Of a stretch of 64,000 nucleotides of DNA, positions 63,411-64,000 are shown piece by piece (the stretch's first letter is position 1; every line of letters begins with the position of its first letter). The DNA comes from Phoronis australis (Eukaryota > Animalia > Phoronida). A model generated the notes under the pieces. It was not told the DNA's origin and did no database searches. It worked only from the letters and a program-made list of their open reading frames with translations. The stretch covers positions 186,001 through 250,000 of the forward strand of contig NMRA01000130.1 of assembly GCA_002633005.1 (NCBI GenBank), given 5' to 3'. The translations under genes and the position numbers were made by a program.

Positions 63411-64000
63411 TTGTAATAACACAAACGCATGCCAGACTCTACAATCTTGCAATAAGCACAACTTTAACAGAATATGTGTACATTCATTCAACGCATGCTT
63501 AAACACCAGCTCGGCAGTGCTCGTCTCAATGCACTGAAAGGCCTGCTTAATATTTGCACTCTACTCGGCAAAGCCTAGCCCAGTGAGGTAGTGAAGAATG
63601 TCAGTCATATTTTCAAGTCCTCCTCACGTTTGGTCACTTCTAAATAGCATGGCCAAGTCAAACGTTAAGAATAAAACATGCTCAGTGTGATGTCACGTCT
63701 GTCTCATACTGTCAAATCACACAAATTTCTGTAGAATGTAAGCACAAAAATTTTAACTGAATATAGATTTTTTTTTCACTTTGCAATATACGATGTGAAT
63801 AAAACTGAAAATGAAGAAAAGTCCAAAAATTCTGAAGCAGCTGGCATAAACAAGTTCAGTATGCCAAAATCGAACCAATTTATGACACAATATGGCCGAC
63901 AAGTTTCATTCTTCCATTCTCTCAACAAAGATAGGTAGCACCAAATAAATGCCTTTCCATTTTTGAGATCTATGCTATCGCTACCATCAAATGTTTCGTT

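Overview
Invertebrate metazoan genomic DNA (AT-rich, intron-rich, with spliceosomal introns and many short transposon relics), from a draft assembly with one 100-N gap and three single-N joins. Three spliced genes were reconstructed by hand. (1) DNAJC10/ERdj5 on the minus strand: 18 coding exons, about 786 aa, HPD J-domain, four CxxC thioredoxin sites, C-terminal RDEL. (2) GORASP (GRASP55/65 family) on the plus strand, head-to-head with DNAJC10: 10 exons, about 445 aa, with a GC-AG intron and a cluster of same-phase candidate mutually exclusive exons. (3) An unrecognised 4-exon, 168-aa type II membrane coiled-coil protein whose first exon appears twice, most likely because two haplotypes were assembled in tandem. 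Introns and intergenic DNA carry a hAT element with an 8-bp TSD, MITEs, solo LTRs with 5-bp TSDs, tRNA-derived SINEs, Helentron-like repeats, minisatellites and a Penelope fragment with a hammerhead ribozyme motif. A separate 61-bp palindrome carries a hammerhead-like core in each arm. Most entries in the ORF track are spurious or exon fragments. All coordinates were read by eye and no database searches were run.
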